Positions 50,987 to 64,000 of a stretch of 64,000 nucleotides of DNA are shown here, piece after piece. How positions within the stretch are numbered: position 1 is the stretch's first letter; every line of letters starts with the position of its first letter. Below the pieces are notes generated by a model, which saw only the letters and a program-made list of their open reading frames with translations, made no database searches and had not been told where the DNA came from. Location: the NCBI RefSeq assembly GCF_009834535.1, contig NC_045698.1:92132001-92196000 (forward strand), read 5' to 3'. The position numbers were made by a program, and so were the translations under genes. The stretch is from Camelus ferus (Eukaryota).

Positions 50987-51740
50987 ATGTGGCACCTCAA
51001 ACTCTTCGCAGTACTTATGATCTGCCTGTTGCTGTTAGGCCAGGTAAGGAAAGGATACATATGTTGGGGTTGTGGGGATGGTGGTGGTGGTGGAATTGTG
51101 GGCAGAACTTCAGAGAGCCAGATTCAGTCCTGAGGAATGGTCCTTCTGCTCTGGGTCTATAGCATGGGGGGAGGTGGGGTTCTTCCAAGTGCACAGCAGG
51201 GGGTCAGCTCTTGTATATCTGAGGTGAGTGTTTTGCCCCACAGGTAGGTGGCTCCCCAATACCGGAACTGAGTTCAGCAAAGAGAAGGCCAAGGAGAATG
51301 ACCCCATTTTGGAGAGGGGTTTACCTCAGGCCCATTGGAGCTTCTTGCCAGGACGACTCTGAGTGCATCACAAAGCTATGCAGGTACTGCACAAACCTGG
51401 GAGCAGGGCTGGGCCCAACAGGCCTGGGAGGCTGGGCAAAGGGGCCATCAGCACACACACAGACCTAAGAATAAAACTGGGCTAGAGGACTGCCTGGGCT
51501 AAAGCTGGGAGCTCCATGGAGGAGAATCCCTCAAGAGTTAACAGCCAAGAACAGCTCCACACAAGTACCATGAAAAAGCAGCGCCTTTCCTTTCTTCACT
51601 CTAACCTGAGCCCGGATATCAAGCAGAGGAAGGAAATGCAGCAGAGGGTGCTCTGGGCACTGCTAGATCTGTGTCTTAAAAATCACCTTTTCTTTTCCCT
51701 CAGAAAAAGACGCTGTTCCCTGAGTGTGGCCCAGGAATGA
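50987..51740 (+). CDS. LEAP2: Liver-expressed antimicrobial peptide 2 preproprotein, join(50987-51043, 51244-51383, 51704-51740), 77 aa
   Basis: Signal [19 protein letters not shown]; propeptide ending RPRR; mature [40 protein letters not shown] with four Cys. GT-AG introns; ATTAAA at 51972-51977. Confidence 0.98.
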
Positions 51741-52589
51741 TGCACACACCAGGGGAAAAGAGGACAGCACTCGCCTACAACAACGCTCCGTTCTATGGAA
51801 TACTGACATACTGCATTTGGCTGGAGACGCTTAAGTGAAGCAATCTTGTGTTTTTAATATTTAAAGACAGATGTATGCTTTAAATTGGTCTCCGTTCCTT
51901 CTTAGAATATTGGTATGTAGGTAAGCATAACTTAACTTGTGAACTTAAGAGTTTATTTTTCTATGTATACTATTAAATGTCTGAAATGGAAATTTTGGCA
52001 GCCTGGAATTCACACTTTTGAAGGGAAGGATTCATTTTGTATACTATGGAAAAAACAGTACTGCCTAACAATAACAATGTGTTAACTTCTCAATCAGGAA
52101 AGTGCAGTGGGAATTAATTTTTTTAAAGAAACACACCACTAGGCTAAAGGCAAAAGTTTAGTACACCTAGTGACTAACCTCAGCAAGTTCACCAGCTATG
52201 GCCCTGGCTCCTAGCCCTTCACTCCATGTTAAGAACTTGAGTGAGGTGTCAGAGATAGGCAACGCTGGCACTCAGGACCTGACGATGTGCCCAAGTTCGC
52301 CCAGGAACAGAGGCAGAACTGGAAGAAAAACCTAGTTTAATGAAACAATAAAAGCCCAAGGCACCAAGAATAACAAAAAGGATGTGTTTGAGATTTCTGT
52401 TGAAGCAGGGTGAATTTTCATCTATGCAGAAGGATCCATGGCCAGCCAGGTCAGAGTTTCTGTAATCAGAAAATAAGACCTGGACTGATGGGACCAGACT
52501 TTTAAAGAAGAGTAGCTTTGGACCCTAAAATACAAAACAGAAATTACACAAAAGGGGCGAAGTAAGAGTTGAAGAAGTGTAGAGAGCAC

Positions 52590-55500
52590 AGTGTTTATAA
52601 ACTTTAATACAGAAAATCTATTTGATATTTATTAAACTTAGTTTCTCCAGCTATGGTTTNNNNNNNNNNNNNNNNNNNNNNNNNNNNNNNNNNNNNNNNN
52701 NNNNNNNNNNNNNNNNNNNNNNNNNNNNNNNNNNNNNNNNNNNNNNNNNNNNNNNNNNNNNNNNNNNNNNNNNNNNNNNNNNNNNNNNNNNNNNNNNNNN
52801 NNNNNNNNNNNNNNNNNNNNNNNNNNNNNNNNNNNNNNNNNNNNNNNNNNNNNNNNNNNNNNNNNNNNNNNNNNNNNNNNNNNNNNNNNNNNNNNNNNNN
52901 NNNNNNNNNNNATGCACGTACTGACTTAGAAATCCTAGCTTTTGAGCCCCAAAAGTACCTCTGAAATTTTAAAGTATTCCAACAAATAAAAATCACAGTA
53001 TATAATTGAAATTTTGGTTGAAAATGTCAGATGCCGAAATATTCTGGATAAAAGAAATGTCAAACAAAGATGTGGATCATGTACAAAACAAAGGCGTCCT
53101 ATCAGACGCTAGCAGTACCTTTCTGTAGAATCAACAAGGCTTTGAATTTATCAGCGGCATTACCTCCCCTCCAGAATCCCCCCCCAAATATCAAACCGTT
53201 ATTCACCAAATAATTTTAATTTCAAATAAGATAAAAGGATTTTCAATAAATATATAAGCATCTCTATCCTCCATATACAAAATTTCTTAAAATCATTCAG
53301 AACGGAGGCTAGATAGAAATTTTCTTAACTGTGCTTACCAACCCCACATCTGGTCCTCAGAGGTGCCTTTTCAGGCACTACCCACTGGGCCAGCTCTTGT
53401 TGGTGAGCCTTGCCCTTCCCCACCCTGCCCCACGCCACGCGGACCCCAGTACTGTTGAATGCTCATCTCAGTGTTTTGCCAGGTGTGTGCATAAAGTTGT
53501 AAAATGGGGACACTTCTTGAATAACAACAACAAACCCAACTGTATGGATAATCATGGCATTGATCTGAAAGGCAGCATTTCCAAATAGGTATTTTCCAGA
53601 GAGGAACATAGCAGGTGGAAAGTTCCAATAGTTAAAAGCTAAAAAGAAACCCCATGTGGAAGCAGTAAGAAGTCAAAACTGAATATTATTAGAATTTCTG
53701 GGTGAGAGCTTTTTTCCATGCGCATTTAGAGAGCTTTTTTGTCTGTCTCTTTTTAAGAATGGCAATTTATGCTTAGCTGAGCAATGGCGGCAAGGAGAGA
53801 TCAAAGCTGACATTCCTGAAAGTCAACTTCATTTTATGATGATTACTTAGGCTGCTATTTTAGGTTGCTTAAAGATCTTGGAGACTTGGGTTAGACTCTA
53901 ATGCCTTATTCTGTGATCATAAAGAAGATGTTTAGATATTCTTTCCATTCGTTTTTCTGGTGACAGTAAATTCTTTTTAATTAACTATAGGGTTCACGTG
54001 AATAGAATCAGCACCTATTTTACCAACTATTAATAACTCACTTCCTGTCATTTGCCAGCTTGGTTCTGGGATCTAAGGGTCTAAACTGAAATTTCTCCCA
54101 TTAGTGAATATGTGAAAGATATGCTCAGAAATATGACCAATTTGGCCTCTTGTCACTACATATTCCAAGTCATTCAATACTTTTCTATTTATTTTAATGA
54201 ATAGCAACCTTAGATTTGCAATATTATTATTGGAAAAAAGTCTGCCTCTCCAACACATAGATACATGAAATTGAAATATGTGTTCCACATAATTAGGGAA
54301 TATGAGTTATAGGAATCTATATGGATTTGAAATGTTTTGCTTCAATTTATTTAGGATTAAAAAAAAATCATCACAATCTGCCTAGAACATCATTCCCAGT
54401 AGGTGTTCCTGGGACTCAGAGGCAATCTTCTATAATGCAAAATATATAATGAGGCCATTTTGTTCAATTAGCAACTGGAAAATTAAAATCCTTCCCACCC
54501 TGTAAGAGCCCTATTATAATACAGAAGGNNNNNNNNNNNNNNNNNNNNNNNNNNNNNNNNNNNNNNNNNNNNNNNNNNNNNNNNNNNNNNNNNNNNNNNN
54601 NNNNNNNNNNNNNNNNNNNNNNNNNNNNNNNNNNNNNNNNNNNNNNNNNNNNNNNNNNNNNNNNNNNNNNNNNNNNNNNNNNNNNNNNNNNNNNNNNNNN
54701 NNNNNNNNNNNNNNNNNNNNNNNNNNNNNNNNNNNNNNNNNNNNNNNNNNNNNNNNNNNNNNNNNNNNNNNNNNNNNNNNNNNNNNNNNNNNNCCAAAGT
54801 TGCATACCCTCACACTTAGAAGAACGCACAGCATACGACTCTCCTCTACACAACTAGGTATCACCGACTGGAGCTTTGTGGGCTGCCCTGAAACTCCACA
54901 GAGTGCTGCTGGCCTCCAGAGCCAGAACTTTCATTTAGAACAGGTGCATTTTGTAGGCTCTTGCTTCACAATGCAAGTTCATTCGATAAAGGTAATTTCT
55001 CAAAGTTTCTATCTTTAAATACAAAATGATACTGTCTGAACTAGCTGATTAAACCTTTCTTTAATGAAAAGAAACAAACAACAATTAAAAAACAACAACA
55101 ACAGTGAATCTAATAAAGCCACAAGTGTGTCATTCAAAGTGCAGCCCTGGTGCCTGTGGATCCATCAGTGTGAGAGCTCCCCTAGAGCACAGGCATGTGT
55201 GGGCACGTGCACACCTTACTCTAGATAGCTTTTACACTGGAGAATTAAATCAGTGATGGTTAATTAACCTTCTCTATTCTTCAGCAACTACGGCTGTAAA
55301 TTTATCTGAAGTACTCACTGCTTATAAAGTCAGTTCTTGGCTACTTGCCCAGAAAAAGCTAGCACTGAAGCAAGAAATGGGGTGAATGCTTCCCAGCCAG
55401 ACTGGATCTGGCATGGGCTGTGGAATTCTGAATCACCCAGAGGGAAGTGCTCCTCACAGCTGGGCAAGACTATACCATGTGACAACTTCATCCGCCAAAA

Positions 55501-58273
55501 TCTGTTCGTTGGTTGCCTGTAAAGAGTCCAGTGGTGTAGGCTGCTGCCTCCTGGCATAAAGTGTGGTCTTAGAGCAGTCAACAGAGCAGTGTTTAAAACA
55601 GTTGCTATTTTTATAATTAACTATATATTAAGTACAAGTCTCAGACTAAGTACATTTTTAGCCATTTGTGAAATTCAGTTTTTAATGGTTAGAGAACACT
55701 GAAGACACCTACTGAGGAAGGAGGAATGGTCACCCGTAAAGGAGTCCAAAGTATGTGCCGAAGTAGATGAAGACACACAGACAGAACTTTGAGGAGATGG
55801 ACACAGAGGAGAGGGAGTGGTGTTTCCACAGACTGTTACACTGAAAATTCAATTATTTAGAACAGGATTTTGATCCACTGCCCACTACTACCTGGTGGGA
55901 AGAACCCTCCACAATAAAAAGCTTGAAAAATTCATTTTCCAAGAATTAACACAGTTTGAGAGAGAGAGTGTTTTAGAGCAGCACCATAAAACATTGCAGG
56001 AAATTCTGCTTTAACAAATTATCAGTGTGATCCGGGAAATGCTCCTGTTGCCTTTCGGGTCAGACAAGAGACTAGAACACACTAGAACTTAGAAGTGCTT
56101 CACTGGCTGCTCTTGCTTAAAGTCTAAAAGCTCAGAGGATATTTTTTCCATTTCTAAGATATCACTGAAAATTACAGAATCAGAGTCAGACAAATCAGAG
56201 AAGGACAAGACATACATTTACTTGATTAACTGTGGCAAGTTTCTTACTGAGTACCTACCATGATCACTGAGAAGCTGTCCTCTTAAGGAAAACTGTTCCA
56301 AAAACACACAAGGATTAAGTAACAAATATAACACAGGCAATTTCTCCAAGAGAAAAATCAACATAATTTGGAGATTTCAATCCTCAGTGATAATACATAA
56401 AAACAACGAGGTACAAAGCCATTAAGAAGCTCTGTATGAGGCCACAGGACAAGGAAAGTTCACGAGCTTCAGGATGTGTAAAAGAGACTCAGACACAGAG
56501 GATTCACTACACCACTGGGCTTGGAGATTTTCTATCCCTTCTTTCCCATTTCAAGCCTTAGCAATCTTCTATAAATAGCAGGGCAATCCTTTTCTCCGAT
56601 TGGATGGATTCAGTTTTGCAACTGGGAGAAGGACAAACTGTTATTTGAAGCAGCATTACCCAATAGGTTAAACTAAGTCATGTACCAAAGCGTTAGCTTT
56701 TCTGAAAGAATTTTTATATGACCCTAAGGACGACCGAAAAGGGAAGAGAATTTAACATTATTACCGCAGAAGACCAACCATATGCACGATCTGGTCCTGG
56801 TGTAAAACTTCATCTGTAAACAATCCAGAATCTTCACTTAAAGGTTAAGATTTAAGGCACACCAGACATAAAAGGGGCACTACAAACAACAGACAGAAGG
56901 TACATTTCTCACCTTTGACTCCTATATGCACCTTACAGGGAAAGGTGCTTTGATATACAACTCTTACAGAGCTGGCTTCTTAAGCTCTACCCCTGCTCTC
57001 CCCACTTCCCAAGAGAGCTCACACTGAACTAAATTAGCTACTTTTCTAGTGTGAAATTTCTGATCCCATCAGAAATATAGATCATTGATAAGAGTCTTCA
57101 TAATACAAAGGGAGTAAACATAAGATAAGTTTAAGAGGAGAAATTCATCATCTCTACATCAGGCAACAGAACTCTAAATTGTACAGCAAAAGCACACACA
57201 CCACAGTTCCAGACCATTCCTACATCAGCCATGCATGCTCCTATCAGAGCATCACAATCTAGTGTGAGAAAAAAATTTAAATTAGAATGCTGAAGAGAGA
57301 TTTTACCCTACAAACATCACCAATGAAAGAGAGATAGGCAGCAACCTCAGGAGTTGGATCATCCTTTGTTCAACAGTAACATACTCTGTCTTAAGTGTCA
57401 AATTATTAGTAACAAAAAAGAACACATGGTTTTAATAAAATCCATAAGGTTCGAGATTGTCCTCTTATGAAGCCCTTCATACGATAAGCTTCTCTGAGAA
57501 AGTCTGCCTGCCTTCTCCTGTAATGCATTAAATGCAGGTTACAGTCACCTTGTGATTGCTATAGTGTTATTAACACATGTTCACAGTTCTTGAAATAATG
57601 CATACCAAATTAGACACATTTCATTTTACATCCACGTAGAATGCTATCTTCTCATATTTAAGTGATTTTTCATGTGTAGAGTATCCTTAATACTAAGTAT
57701 AAATTCTGCAGTAATAAAATTGTAGTTAAGATTTGAAGTAATATCAGGTAGTAGGTAAAAAAGAACATTTCCATATTTTAGATGAACCAACTCTTACTCT
57801 TAGAAGAGCTACCACAAAAAGACACTATTATTAGGTAACAAAGTTCCCAAAGTATATAAATAAAAATGCCTATACTAAATTTACACTAAATATTCAACAG
57901 AGTAAATTTATAGGCAGAAATAACTAAGTTTTAAACTAGCTCCGACCCTGGAACTTAAAAAAATTAAAATAAATAGAATTTCAATTGATTAGTTATGAAT
58001 TGCAATCGAAATTTCAATCTTATGACAGATCACTGAAACCATCTTATCAACGTGCCGCAGATTTAAAAGCATTTAGATCATTTTTCATATTGGGAATACT
58101 GAAGGGGTCAAATGACATGATGGCTTTGGGTTATAAAAAACAACACATGAACCAGGGAGGAGAAAACCATTCCTCATTCTTAGTGTCGACTAGGTGGTGT
58201 GTTATGGCAGTTTTCCTTCGTGACGTGACACAGTGTTGTGGAGAAAATCAGAGGCAACAAGAATGTGTTCAGT
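52590..58273 (-). other. AFF4: AFF4 long 3'UTR (~5.7 kb)
   Basis: AT-rich stretch after the stop with no repeats I could recognise. Minus-strand AATAAA at 52628-52633 and ATTAAA at 52603-52608. Confidence 0.65.
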
Positions 58274-63512
<5,239 letters not shown>

Positions 63513-64000
63513 CTAGCCAATTAAAAAGGGCAGCTTATTTACCAGGACAGCAGACTCTGGCCACATCTGCATAGACAACCTTTGCATTGTGCAAGAGTAC
63601 AGGGCTGGTTCATGTGAGCAGACTGTGACATAAGGTCAACAACACTAACCCTTAAGCAGAATTGAAAGGTCTTATTATGCTCTTATTATGGTACACAACT
63701 TAGGGAGGGGAGAGAAGGGGAAGAGACCTAGGACTAGCCTCCTTTTTGCTGACATTCAAAAATCAGAACCACACCATAGGACACCAACATGTCATTATAA
63801 CATATACATTAAAACCTCACTGAGGGGCAGAATCTTTAGATCAAACTATAAATAATCTAAAACAACAAAACCAGCTCAACAATGAATATTACAACTCTGG
63901 TGTAACATACAGACACCCAACATGGCTTACAAAGGCGCTGCATGATCATCACTGCCTACCTCTCCAGTTACTTTTACTTATTCCTCTCTGGTCTTTTAGT

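Noticed and set aside
51241-51250. Tandem acceptor cag|GTAG| at LEAP2 exon 2
   Set aside because: Using the second AG would frameshift the peptide, and the same GTAG start is recalled in human, so it is not novel.

Overview
This is mammalian genomic DNA syntenic with human 5q31.1. Gene order is SOWAHA(+, intronless), SHROOM1(-, 7 coding exons plus 3 predicted 5'UTR exons), GDF9(-), UQCRQ(+), LEAP2(+) and the last 4 coding exons plus long 3'UTR of AFF4(-). All coding models were rebuilt by hand from GT-AG junctions and give intact frames: SOWAHA 560 aa, SHROOM1 845 aa, GDF9 453 aa, UQCRQ 82 aa, LEAP2 77 aa. The species is most likely a camelid, inferred from five copies of a tRNA-derived SINE resembling Vic-1 and no recognisable ruminant, pig or primate SINEs. 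Six N-runs of 130-265 nt interrupt the sequence. I found no wholly new multi-gene system. The best leads are: (1) three substitutions in the normally near-invariant LEAP2 ghrelin-receptor-antagonist peptide; (2) a GDF9 mature domain combining human-type Gly390 with mouse-type Pro411; (3) a TSD-flanked, polyadenylated ~650-bp insertion, like an orphan L1 3' transduction, in the probable SOWAHA 3'UTR; (4) a retroposed polyadenylated LTR-like fragment; (5) a perfect 42-bp copy of SHROOM1 coding sequence in its own 5'UTR, plus a predicted 204-aa overlapping uORF; (6) an orphan CpG island with a c-fos-type CArG box and a CTCF site. All cross-species comparisons are from memory and need alignment to confirm.
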